Source: a bacterium (GTDB lineage Bacteria; UBP7; UBA6624). Taken from it: a stretch of 32,000 nt of DNA. A program made the position numbers and the translations under genes. The notes beneath the pieces were generated by a model that saw only the letters and a list, made by a program, of their open reading frames with translations, was not told the origin of the DNA and searched no databases. The first letter of the stretch is position 1; each line of letters starts with the position of its first letter. Below are positions 9,039-17,680 of this stretch, piece after piece. Location of the stretch: assembly GCA_002716355.1 (NCBI GenBank), contig PBAU01000003.1, forward strand, positions 180,001 to 212,000. The letters are read 5' to 3'.

Positions 9039-9387
9039 TCACCACAAATGCAATTGAACAACCTAAGCTATGAGAAATTGATAAATGACTTTTTTTATTT
9101 TTCATTTTTGATTTAATTTTTTCTGAAAAACAAAAAAATGGTTTTCCTTTTGGGTTGCTCAAAACACCTAGATCATTAGGTTTAAATGAGATTCCAGAAG
9201 CTTTATAAAATGCTTCCTTCGCAGCTATCCTTGAGGCTAATTTTTCAGCTGACCATTTTGAAGATCTTAAATCCTCTAGCTCTTTTGAATGTAAAGTTTT
9301 TTTTAACCTTTCCTCACTCCAATCAAGCCAATGAGCAATTTCTTTTTCGTAAACCAGATCAACGCCTACTCCGAAAACTTTTGACAT
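9025..9387 (-). CDS. acpS: Holo-[acyl-carrier-protein] synthase (4'-phosphopantetheinyl transferase)
   Basis: 120 aa. FGVGVDLV at the N-terminus, FAAKEAFYKA-like AAKEAFYKA, and a C-terminal LSISHS segment give the AcpS size and motif pattern. Confidence 0.85.
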   Translation of the reverse strand: MSKVFGVGVDLVYEKEIAHWLDWSEERLKKTLHSKELEDLRSSKWSAEKLASRIAAKEAFYKASGISFKPNDLGVLSNPKGKPFFCFSEKIKSKMKNKKSHLSISHSLGCSIAFVVIEND

Positions 9388-9390
9388 AAA

Positions 9391-10608
9391 CTACTTCTTC
9401 TTTAAAGTTACATACTTAGGGCTGATGGTTTTTGTTGCAAGCCCAGATGGAAGAGCTACAACTATTTCTCTTTCGCATGAATCAACATCATTACAGGCGC
9501 TAACCTCAACATGAATTGATTCCAAAAGAGCTGCCTCTCTTCCTATCCATTTTGCTATCTGGTTAACTGGACCTCTTATCACTAAGCTTATATTTGAAGG
9601 AGAAGCGATATACCCGCCACCTATAACTTTCACAGGAATAAGTGATGATATTTCCAGATCACTAATTATCTGAGATACCTCAACTGCAACAATGACTTTT
9701 TTAGGGTTTGATGTTGTTTCAGCTGGAGAAAAAACATCAATCATTAATTCAAATGTTTCACTTCTTCCATCAAGAGAAATTGGATTTGTTGAAACTGAAT
9801 TTAAATTTCTAATAATTTTTACAGGACCTTCAATAATTATGGTTGAAGGGTCCACTGCAATAGAGCTTATAAAAAAACCACTTTCAAGCTGGCCGCTAAA
9901 ATCAGGCTGAATCGAAACAACCCTTTTGTCTCTAACAGTCTGTGCGACAACTTCAACTCTTACCTCTTCTGGCTCAAAAGTTAAACCCTGTATGAGGCGT
10001 CCATTTTCATCTCTTGCAACAGGTTTTAAATTTTTACTCTCAGATTCAACTATAGTACCTAAGTTCAGTTCAACCTCTATGTTTTTCAAATTATTCATAA
10101 GATCCAAAGGACCGCTAACAACAACGAAAGATGGATCCAATCGCCAATCAACTATCTGAACACCATTAGGAGCCTCTCCCCTCTTGTAAACCTCGACTGG
10201 AGACTCCTTTTCAAGCCATTTTTCAACCTGTATGCTTACTTTTTTTGAACCACCTACATGTTTTATACCTTGACCTTTTGGGGGCCTGACCAGAATTGTT
10301 GCTTCAGCAAGCCCACTCCCTTCAGGATACTTATCAAATCTAGCCTCTACAGCTACTGTATCAAGAAGAAGGTTATTAAGTCTTGTCCTGCCGCCAGACA
10401 GTTCTATTTCAAATTCCAAATCCCTAGAGTCAACTCTGTATTCCGAAGGAAGATTGACGGGCACAGCCTCAAAAACATAAGTTTCTCTTGCATTTGGATT
10501 GCCAGTAACCACCTGGACTTCAAGAAGCACTGCAAGAATAAAACACAAAATAAATAAAGACCACTCATTTGCATCTTTTGGAAGCCATTTTATTTTAGGT
10601 ATCTTCAT
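9391..10608 (-). CDS. cdaR: YbbR-domain protein, CdaA regulator-like
   Basis: 405 aa with an N-terminal membrane anchor followed by repeated beta-rich YbbR-like modules. It lies immediately downstream of cdaA with an ATGA overlap, the conserved cdaA-cdaR arrangement. Confidence 0.7.
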   Translation of the reverse strand: MKIPKIKWLPKDANEWSLFILCFILAVLLEVQVVTGNPNARETYVFEAVPVNLPSEYRVDSRDLEFEIELSGGRTRLNNLLLDTVAVEARFDKYPEGSGLAEATILVRPPKGQGIKHVGGSKKVSIQVEKWLEKESPVEVYKRGEAPNGVQIVDWRLDPSFVVVSGPLDLMNNLKNIEVELNLGTIVESESKNLKPVARDENGRLIQGLTFEPEEVRVEVVAQTVRDKRVVSIQPDFSGQLESGFFISSIAVDPSTIIIEGPVKIIRNLNSVSTNPISLDGRSETFELMIDVFSPAETTSNPKKVIVAVEVSQIISDLEISSLIPVKVIGGGYIASPSNISLVIRGPVNQIAKWIGREAALLESIHVEVSACNDVDSCEREIVVALPSGLATKTISPKYVTLKKK

Positions 10609-11357
10609 ATTGTTCTCTCAATAAACTTAGTTAGCTCTTCTTCAATCATTTCGAAACTTAAATTTTGTTTTAATTGTCCCCCCTCTGAAAGTGAAACTGA
10701 TTGATTCTCCTCTGATACAACAATTGATAATGCTCCTGTTCCACCAGTAGCACTTTGTGCGGCTCTGTGCCTTGTGCCATAACCTTTATACTCAGCTCCT
10801 CCTGGGGGTAATGGGATAATAACCTGGGCTTTTCTTACCCTTCCTGACCTAACAACAACCGCTCCATCATGTAATGGACTTTGTGTTTGAAATATGGATT
10901 TAAGAAGACCTACAGTGACTTTTGAATCTAACTCAACCCCACCAAGCTCACCTAATATATTTTCCAACCTGTCACTTCCCTCAAAAACAATCAAAGCTCC
11001 TAATCTGCTTCTCTTGAATTCCCTTAAAGAGCCCATAACTGTTGACACCAAAGCGCTAGCATCTTCAGAATTTCCTAAAACCGAACCCTTAAACCAACCC
11101 TTAACAGATATCCCTTCTAGGCTTCTTCTTATTTCAGTCTGAAACAAGACCACAAAAAGAATTGGAAGCAGCATTCCGGCTCTTTCGACAATCCATGATA
11201 TAGCCAAAAAACCCATTGCTTCTAACGCTCTGGCAAGAAGCACAACGGCAATAATAGACCATGCTACCCTCAAGAACTTCTTGCTCCTCAATGGTCGCAA
11301 AACGGTATAAAAGAGAACTGTTACAAACAACGTCTCAACGATGGTTTTAAACAGCAT
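10605..11357 (-). CDS. cdaA: Diadenylate cyclase (c-di-AMP synthase), membrane-anchored CdaA type
   Basis: 250 aa with three N-terminal hydrophobic helices and a DAC domain. The domain carries the diagnostic motifs PLHDGAVVV (DGA) and GTRHRAA (RHR). Confidence 0.9.
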   Translation of the reverse strand: MLFKTIVETLFVTVLFYTVLRPLRSKKFLRVAWSIIAVVLLARALEAMGFLAISWIVERAGMLLPILFVVLFQTEIRRSLEGISVKGWFKGSVLGNSEDASALVSTVMGSLREFKRSRLGALIVFEGSDRLENILGELGGVELDSKVTVGLLKSIFQTQSPLHDGAVVVRSGRVRKAQVIIPLPPGGAEYKGYGTRHRAAQSATGGTGALSIVVSEENQSVSLSEGGQLKQNLSFEMIEEELTKFIERTI

Positions 11358-11380
11358 GTATAAAGTTTACAACAAATCCT

Positions 11381-11785
11381 CTAACGTTTAGAGAATTGCG
11401 GTGCCTTTCTGGCTTTCTTTAAACCATACTTCTTTCTTTCTTTTGATCGAGAATCTCTTGTTAAGCATCCGGAATCTCTTAATGTTGTTCTCAAACTAGG
11501 ATCGACCTCACACAAAACCCTAGCGATAGCTAATTTTGAAGCTCCAGCCTGACCCCTTTGACCTCCACCTTTTACAGTTATTGAAATAGCCAATTCTCCT
11601 TCTGAATATTTCTCTTGTGCTATCTTTAAAGGAGTTAACATCTCTTCTTGTAATTCTCTTCTTGTAAAGTATTTCTCAAGAGGTTTCCCATTAACCCTTA
11701 AACCCTCTCTGCCAACACCATCTCTCAAAACAGCTACAGCTACAGAGCTTTTTCTCCTACCAACAGCGGAATACACTCTACTCAT
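11381..11785 (-). CDS. rpsI: 30S ribosomal protein S9
   Basis: 134 aa. GRRK at the N-terminus, GGG..GQAGA in the middle, and a C-terminal RKKYGLKKARKAPQFSKR tail characteristic of S9. Confidence 0.95.
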   Translation of the reverse strand: MSRVYSAVGRRKSSVAVAVLRDGVGREGLRVNGKPLEKYFTRRELQEEMLTPLKIAQEKYSEGELAISITVKGGGQRGQAGASKLAIARVLCEVDPSLRTTLRDSGCLTRDSRSKERKKYGLKKARKAPQFSKR

Positions 11786-12225
11786 GTTAAGTCAACCTCC
11801 TGTGGATTTTGAGCTTTATGCGGATGCATATCACCAGCATAAACCTTCAACCTCGCTAACCTTTCCTTACGATTAACAGATTTTGGCAACATTCCGTTAA
11901 CTGCATTCCTTATTAAAGCCTGAGGTTTTCTTTTCCTTAAAGATGAAACTGATTCCATCTTAAGGCCTCCAGGCGTTCCTGAATGCCTGTAATAAACTTT
12001 ATCTTCTTCCTTATTTCCCGTAAGGGCAACTTTTTCAGCATTCAAAACTACAACAAACGAACCATTGTCTATATGGGGAGACCTGTCTTTTTTGTCAGAT
12101 CCAATAAGTAATGCTGCTATCTTTGTAGCTGCTTTGCCCAAAATTTTATTATCAACATTCAAAACAAACCACTTTCTTTCTTCTTCAACTTTTAGATGAG
12201 ATGTTTTGGTTCCTTTATTTATCAT
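11782..12225 (-). CDS. rplM: 50S ribosomal protein L13
   Basis: 147 aa. RKWFVLNV...LGKAATKIAALL and YYRHSG.PGG are L13 signatures. It precedes rpsI as in the conserved rplM-rpsI pair. Confidence 0.95.
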   Translation of the reverse strand: MINKGTKTSHLKVEEERKWFVLNVDNKILGKAATKIAALLIGSDKKDRSPHIDNGSFVVVLNAEKVALTGNKEEDKVYYRHSGTPGGLKMESVSSLRKRKPQALIRNAVNGMLPKSVNRKERLARLKVYAGDMHPHKAQNPQEVDLT

Positions 12226-12661
12226 TATCGTTCACCTCTTCTTTTTTTGTTGATTCTGAATCTGAAGCGCTAACACCCTCATCGATGTTATCCACCCATG
12301 TAACTATAGCCATCTGAGAAGAATCACCTAATCTGGTTTTGGTTTTCACGATTCTGAAAAAACCAGTAGATCTTGAAAGTTTAGAAACTATAGAGAACAA
12401 TCTTCTTGATGCTTTTTCCCCAAGCTGACCTGAAGGTAGTTTTTTCAAGATATATCTTATGTTATTTTTATCATTTGATTTTTTAGCTCTTGATGCAATT
12501 GAATCAACATAAGAGTTAATAACCTTAGCCTTTGCGAAAGTCGTTTCAATTTTTCCTTCAAGAATTAAAGATGCTGCAAAATTTCTTAAAAGAGAGTTGC
12601 GTGCACCTTTCGATCTGTTTTTTCCAAACCCTAATTTTCTTTTATGTAACAAATGTCTCAT
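12215..12661 (-). CDS. rplQ: 50S ribosomal protein L17 with a C-terminal acidic extension
   Basis: 148 aa. MRH..HKRKLG....R.....NFAASLI..G.IETT..KAK is the L17 N-terminal signature. It follows rpoA. The last 25 or so residues (DNIDEGVSASDSESTKKEEVNDNDK) are an extra tail. Confidence 0.93.
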   Translation of the reverse strand: MRHLLHKRKLGFGKNRSKGARNSLLRNFAASLILEGKIETTFAKAKVINSYVDSIASRAKKSNDKNNIRYILKKLPSGQLGEKASRRLFSIVSKLSRSTGFFRIVKTKTRLGDSSQMAIVTWVDNIDEGVSASDSESTKKEEVNDNDK

Positions 12662-12662
12662 C

Positions 12663-13655
12663 TTACTCTTCCCTTAAGCTCAGTCCTACTTTTGCCATCT
12701 TGTCCAAAACCTCTCTCTGGGCAACTTCTCCTACCCTGCTTAAAGATTTCAAACCTTTTCTTGTTACCATTTCCAAGCTATCTATAGTATCAATACCATT
12801 ATTCCTTAAAGCATTTTCAGTTCTTGGTCTCAGGCCAAGCTCAGACAGAGGCCTAAATGTCTTAACCTCATCCTCATCCTTTTTGGAATAAAGATCAAAG
12901 TCAACATGCCAATCATCAAATGATATTCTTTCAAAATGAGTTTTAAGCATCTCTGTTGCTTCTTTGAAAGCATCTTCACATCTATAACCATCTTTCACAG
13001 ACATTGAAAGTCTCAATCTTTGATAAGAGCCATCTTCACCAACTCTCTCCTGAACAGTTTCAGGAAAAACATTAATAACTGGACTATGAGAGCAGTCAAT
13101 ACGAATAACGCCAGCAGGAAAGCTTGATCTTGACTTCCAATCCTTGCTAACATCAGAAGGTCTTAATTGCGTTGCAGGAATGAATCCACGATTTTTCTTC
13201 ATTCCAATCTTTAAAGTAACCGCAGTCTCTTCTTCCAAATGAAATAAAACTTCATCAGGATTTACAACTTTAAAACCTGGATGAGCAGATATCATTCCAG
13301 CAGTCACAGGACCTGGCTTATTTGCCGTTAGCTCAACTGTAACCATTTCAGTTTCCTCATCAAGCACAAAACTTGCAGCTCTAATGTTCTGAGTTATCTC
13401 AATCACCGCCTCTCTAACACCAGGGAGATTTTGATATTCATGATAAACATGAAAAGATTTTTTCTCATGTTCACAATCTTTAAAATAGATAAAGGTCGCA
13501 GAGGTTCCTGATACGCTTGACATCAAAACCCTGCGATATGCAGTACCTACAGTCTCTCCCCAGCCTCTAACCAAGGGCCATAATTCAACTACAGCAGAAG
13601 AAGCATCTTCGCTTTCTTCAACTAAATTTATTTTTATTGGTTCAAATTCAATCAT
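12663..13655 (-). CDS. rpoA: DNA-directed RNA polymerase subunit alpha (divergent)
   Basis: 330 aa between rpsK and rplQ. The NTD has GTAYRRVLMSS (compare GNALRR.LLSS) and the CTD helix-hairpin-helix region has LSELGLRPRTENALRNNGIDTI...L.....L. Confidence 0.9.
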   Translation of the reverse strand: MIEFEPIKINLVEESEDASSAVVELWPLVRGWGETVGTAYRRVLMSSVSGTSATFIYFKDCEHEKKSFHVYHEYQNLPGVREAVIEITQNIRAASFVLDEETEMVTVELTANKPGPVTAGMISAHPGFKVVNPDEVLFHLEEETAVTLKIGMKKNRGFIPATQLRPSDVSKDWKSRSSFPAGVIRIDCSHSPVINVFPETVQERVGEDGSYQRLRLSMSVKDGYRCEDAFKEATEMLKTHFERISFDDWHVDFDLYSKKDEDEVKTFRPLSELGLRPRTENALRNNGIDTIDSLEMVTRKGLKSLSRVGEVAQREVLDKMAKVGLSLREE

Positions 13656-13658
13656 TTT

Positions 13659-14060
13659 TTATTTCCTCTTTATACTACGATCTCTAGTGCCGTTATGCGG
13701 CCTAGGAGTTACATCCTTTATTGAAGTCACTTCAATTGGAGAACCTTGAAATGACCTGATCACAGGCTCCCTGCCCAAACCTGGGCCTTTGCTCATAATC
13801 GATAACTTCTTCATCTGAAATTGGCTTAAAGCCAAATCAATCAATTTTTCTGCAGCTTGCTGAGCTGAGAAAGCAGTTGCTTTCCTTGACCCTTTGTAGC
13901 CAATATGGCCACCTGAAGACCAAGAAAGAACGTTCCCGTCTACATCAGTCAAAGTTATAACAGTGTTGTTGTAAGTTGATGTTACAAATAATCTACCTAC
14001 CGGTACGCTAAGCTTTTTCTTCTTTTTAACTTTCGCTTTTACTTTTTTACCTTTTGCCAT
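13659..14060 (-). CDS. rpsK: 30S ribosomal protein S11
   Basis: 133 aa. NNTVITLTD..GN.LSWSS.G..G.KGSRK.T.FSAQ.AAE is classic S11. It follows rpsM. Confidence 0.96.
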   Translation of the reverse strand: MAKGKKVKAKVKKKKKLSVPVGRLFVTSTYNNTVITLTDVDGNVLSWSSGGHIGYKGSRKATAFSAQQAAEKLIDLALSQFQMKKLSIMSKGPGLGREPVIRSFQGSPIEVTSIKDVTPRPHNGTRDRSIKRK

Positions 14061-14425
14061 TACTTTCTCCTTATAGCACTTCTTCTAGATCCCTTATGCG
14101 ATCTAGCATTCTTTTGAGTTTTTTGACCTCTGCACGGCAAACCTTTTATTCTTCTGTTTCCCCTATAACACTTAATATCAATGAGCCTTTGAACATCTTT
14201 CTGAAGTTTCTCTCTGAGCTCAGCCCCTATAAGACAATCTTTTTCTATAACACCTCTTATATTAACCAAATCTGAATCACTAAGATCTTTAATTCGTGTC
14301 TCAGAAGAGATGCTAGATTTTTTTAAGATTTTCTTGGCGGTTGTAGGGCCAATTCCATAAATTGAAGTTAAACCTATCCATGCAACCTTGTTGTCTGGGA
14401 TTTCAAAACCTGCTATTCTTGCCAT
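14060..14425 (-). CDS. rpsM: 30S ribosomal protein S13
   Basis: 121 aa. MARIAG..IP..K....LTSIYGIG...A..IL and a basic C-terminal tail. Confidence 0.96.
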   Translation of the reverse strand: MARIAGFEIPDNKVAWIGLTSIYGIGPTTAKKILKKSSISSETRIKDLSDSDLVNIRGVIEKDCLIGAELREKLQKDVQRLIDIKCYRGNRRIKGLPCRGQKTQKNARSHKGSRRSAIRRK

Positions 14426-14434
14426 AAATACTCC

Positions 14435-14548
14435 TTATCCCTGCCTCTGCCTACATCTTCTATTTGGACATACAACATGAAGGACTCCTTTTCTTTTTAC
14501 TGTTCTGCATTTGTCACATATGCGTTTCACTGAACTTCTAACTTTCAT
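14435..14548 (-). CDS. rpmJ: 50S ribosomal protein L36
   Basis: Not in the supplied ORF track because it is too short. Hand translation gives [37 protein letters not shown] (37 aa, ATG at 14546-14548, TAA at 14435-14437). It sits in the canonical slot between infA and rpsM. Confidence 0.93.
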   Translation of the reverse strand: MKVRSSVKRICDKCRTVKRKGVLHVVCPNRRCRQRQG

Positions 14549-14807
14549 CTTCCTTCTCCTTTAAATCCTCTTCAATTGATTCATTTTCGTCATAATACCT
14601 ATAAATAATCCTTCCTTTGGTTGGGTCATAAGGAGATATCTCTAATTTAACCATATCTCCCGCCATTACCTGAATAAAAAATTTTCTTATTCTGCCTGCG
14701 ATATGGGAAGTAACTTTATGCTTGCCATTTACCTCAACCAAAAACCTACCTCCAGGAAGGGCCTTAATAACCTTTCCTTTTATCTCTATTTTGTTTTCAG
14801 ACTTCAT
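14538..14807 (-). CDS. infA: Translation initiation factor IF-1 with a C-terminal acidic extension
   Basis: 89 aa. The S1-like core is IEIKGKV...LPGGRF.VE..NG....[24 protein letters not shown]. An additional 18 or so residue tail ([18 protein letters not shown]) follows. Confidence 0.93.
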   Translation of the reverse strand: MKSENKIEIKGKVIKALPGGRFLVEVNGKHKVTSHIAGRIRKFFIQVMAGDMVKLEISPYDPTKGRIIYRYYDENESIEEDLKEKEDES

Positions 14808-15445
14808 TAAACCTTGACTCCATTGAATAGCTCATCAGCAATTTTTTGCTCTACTTCAGAAGGAGTGCCATTGCCATCAACTTTTACCAGCATGCCTTTA
14901 GAAGCATACAGGTCAATCAAAGGTTCAGTCTCTTCTCTGTAAACATTCAACCTGCTTTCTGCAACCTCATATGTATCATCTTTCCTATGAATAAGTCTTT
15001 CTTTGATTTCTTCAGATGGTGGGTTAAACTCAAGATGATAAATATTTCCTGTCTCAGGATCAAGCCTCCTGCCAGTTATTCTTTCCATAACCACATCATC
15101 ATCAACATCTATAAACAATACTTTATTAATTTCAACTTCTAAATTTAACATACTTGCTTGGTTTAAAGTCCTAGGGAAACCATCAAAAAGACAGCCGTTT
15201 TCAGATGTTTCTATTTTGCTTTTAAGCAACTTAAAAACCAAATCATCAGAAACTAAATTACCGTTTGAAACTACTTCCTGGACCTCTTTCCCCAATTCAG
15301 ACTTAGAGTTAATCTCATTTCGTATAATGTCGCCAGTTGAAATGTGTATCAAACCATAATTTTTTATAATCCTTTTAGCCTGCGTGCCTTTGCCAGCACC
15401 AGGAGCACCTAGTAATATCAAATTCATATTTTTCAAGTCACTCAT
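14807..15445 (-). CDS. adk: Adenylate kinase
   Basis: 212 aa. P-loop LLGAPGAGKGTQA, ISTGD..R and GFPRT motifs. The lid has no Cys ligands. It follows secY. Confidence 0.95.
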   Translation of the reverse strand: MSDLKNMNLILLGAPGAGKGTQAKRIIKNYGLIHISTGDIIRNEINSKSELGKEVQEVVSNGNLVSDDLVFKLLKSKIETSENGCLFDGFPRTLNQASMLNLEVEINKVLFIDVDDDVVMERITGRRLDPETGNIYHLEFNPPSEEIKERLIHRKDDTYEVAESRLNVYREETEPLIDLYASKGMLVKVDGNGTPSEVEQKIADELFNGVKV

Positions 15446-16728
15446 TATCTTGTTTTCATAAAGCCTTTATATTGCCTGCTTACAACATGTGCTTCAAGCT
15501 GTCTCATGGTGTCAAGGCTAACACCAACAACAATCAACAATCCGGTCCCACCTATAGCAAATGATGAAACCCCTGCAGCATTAGCAATTAATATTGGCAA
15601 AACAGCTATAAGGGCAAGCCATACACCACCTAGAAAAGTAATTTTTTCCTGGATCTGTTGAATGTATTCTTGAGTTTGCTTTCCAGGTCTTATTCCTGGT
15701 ATAAAGCCACCACCTTTTTTTAAATTCTTAGCTATGTCTTCAGGCTTGAAGCTTATTGAAGAATACAGAAAGGTAAAAAAGAAAGTTAATATCGCCAATG
15801 TAGCATAATAACCCCAGTTTGAAAGAAACTGTCCAATGCTAATTGCAAATGGGTGATCCTGAGGAAGGAAGTTAGCTATAGTTTGCGGTATCAAAAGTGC
15901 TGAAATCGCAAAAATTATAGGTATAACACCAGCAATATCTACCCTTACCGGCAGATAAGAAACTTGACCGCCAATAACACGCTGGCCGACAGTTCTTGTT
16001 GAATACCTAATAGGTATCCTCCTCTCTGCAAGTTGCATATAAACTATTACACCAATCATCAAAAGAACAAAAATGCCAAAAAGCAAGAATGGGCCAACCT
16101 GAGCAACATTTTGCTGAGCAATTTTAAATTGCTGAGCAAGAGCTGTTGGCAAACTCATAACTATCCCTGCAAAAATCAAAAGAGAGACACCGTTACCAAT
16201 ACCTCTTTCAGTCATCTCATCTCCCAACCACATCAGAAAAGAGGTTCCTGCAACCAATGTAATCATGATGACAAACAAATCTAAAGGATTTTCTCTAACA
16301 AGAATCTTTTGAGCTTTAAACAATGCCAAAAAACTATAAGACTGAATAAAAGCAATAAATATTGTCAGATATTTAGTCCATTTACCAATAAGTATCCTTC
16401 CTTCCATGCCTCTTTCTTTTTGAATCTCTTCTAAAGCAGGAAAGCAAAATGTCATAACCTGCATCATTATGCTAGCGTTAATATAAGGCATTATCCCTAA
16501 AGCAAAAATAGAAAACCTTTTGAGTGAACCACCGCTAAAAAGATCCAACAAACCCAAAACTCCACCAGAATTAAATAAATTCTGCAATGCGTCATTGTTT
16601 ATTCCTGGAAGAGGAACGTGTCCTCCAGCAGAAAATATCAACAAGCCCAAAGCGACAAAAGAAATTCGCTTCTTTAATTCTGGACTTGCCAATGCATCAT
16701 TGACTGCAGCCTGAGCCTGCTTTTTCAT
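15445..16728 (-). CDS. secY: Preprotein translocase subunit SecY
   Basis: 427 aa polytopic membrane protein between rplO and adk. FALGIMPYI.ASI..Q is a conserved SecY motif. Confidence 0.95.
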   Translation of the reverse strand: MKKQAQAAVNDALASPELKKRISFVALGLLIFSAGGHVPLPGINNDALQNLFNSGGVLGLLDLFSGGSLKRFSIFALGIMPYINASIMMQVMTFCFPALEEIQKERGMEGRILIGKWTKYLTIFIAFIQSYSFLALFKAQKILVRENPLDLFVIMITLVAGTSFLMWLGDEMTERGIGNGVSLLIFAGIVMSLPTALAQQFKIAQQNVAQVGPFLLFGIFVLLMIGVIVYMQLAERRIPIRYSTRTVGQRVIGGQVSYLPVRVDIAGVIPIIFAISALLIPQTIANFLPQDHPFAISIGQFLSNWGYYATLAILTFFFTFLYSSISFKPEDIAKNLKKGGGFIPGIRPGKQTQEYIQQIQEKITFLGGVWLALIAVLPILIANAAGVSSFAIGGTGLLIVVGVSLDTMRQLEAHVVSRQYKGFMKTR

Positions 16729-17159
16729 TTTATAGTTACTTTCCCACCTGCTTTTTCAATTTTTTGAATAGCAGTTTTGCTTGCAGCATTTACAGTTAAT
16801 TCAATTTTCTTTTCAATTTTTCCATTTCCAAGCAATTTAACCAAGTTATTCTTTCTAATAAGTCCTTTTTTCAACAATTGCTTAATGGTAACTTTTTTAC
16901 CATCATCAAAAGCGGCATTTATATCTGAAAGATTAACAACCTGATAGACAGTTGAATTTCGATTTTTGAAACCACCTAAACTTCTTGCTTTTCTGTAATA
17001 GGGCAAACTGTCACCTGAAAACATTGTTGGCAACTTTCCTCCACTTCTTGACTTGGTCCCCTTCATACCTCTACCAGCAGTCTTGCCTCTTCTTGCAGCT
17101 TTACCACGTGCAACCCTGACACGATCTTTTTTGACTTTTACTAAATCTTTATAATCCAT
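16725..17159 (-). CDS. rplO: 50S ribosomal protein L15
   Basis: 144 aa. Gly/Arg-rich N-terminus RGKAARRGKTAGRGMKG.K.RSG, located just upstream of secY. Confidence 0.94.
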   Translation of the reverse strand: MDYKDLVKVKKDRVRVARGKAARRGKTAGRGMKGTKSRSGGKLPTMFSGDSLPYYRKARSLGGFKNRNSTVYQVVNLSDINAAFDDGKKVTIKQLLKKGLIRKNNLVKLLGNGKIEKKIELTVNAASKTAIQKIEKAGGKVTIK

Positions 17160-17680
17160 TATTCAGGCATCTCCTTCATAAACCAAATAGAGCTAACATC
17201 AACACCTCTCAAAGCAGCCAATTTTTTTGGATCTCGTAAAGATTTGAAACCATTCATTGTTGCTTTAGCGGCATTAAGAGGAGTTGCTGCACCTCTAATT
17301 TTGGTGTATATATTTTTAATACCAGCAACCTCACATAAAGCCCTGACTGTAGCACCAGCAATAACACCGGTTCCAGGTGGAGCAGGTATCAAATGTACTG
17401 TACTTGCACCTTGTTTTCCTTTAACTTCATGGGCGATTGTTCCATTAACAAGCGGTAATTTGTAAAGATTCTTCTCTGCAGAAGCTGCAGCTTTTCTTAT
17501 AGCTTGAGGAGTTTGAACAGCAGTTCCTAAACCTATTCCAGATCTTCCTTTTCCATCACCAACAACAACAAGAGCAGAGAACCTAAACCTCTTACCTCCA
17601 GCCACAGTTTTACTTACTCTTCTTATCTGAATAACTTTTTCCTGAAACTCTTTTTCTTTTTTTTCTGGTTTAAAATTCAT
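17159..17680 (-). CDS. rpsE: 30S ribosomal protein S5
   Basis: 173 aa. V..IRRVSKTV.GGKRFRF.ALVVVGD..G..G.G.G and GTGVIAG motifs. Confidence 0.96.
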   Translation of the reverse strand: MNFKPEKKEKEFQEKVIQIRRVSKTVAGGKRFRFSALVVVGDGKGRSGIGLGTAVQTPQAIRKAAASAEKNLYKLPLVNGTIAHEVKGKQGASTVHLIPAPPGTGVIAGATVRALCEVAGIKNIYTKIRGAATPLNAAKATMNGFKSLRDPKKLAALRGVDVSSIWFMKEMPE

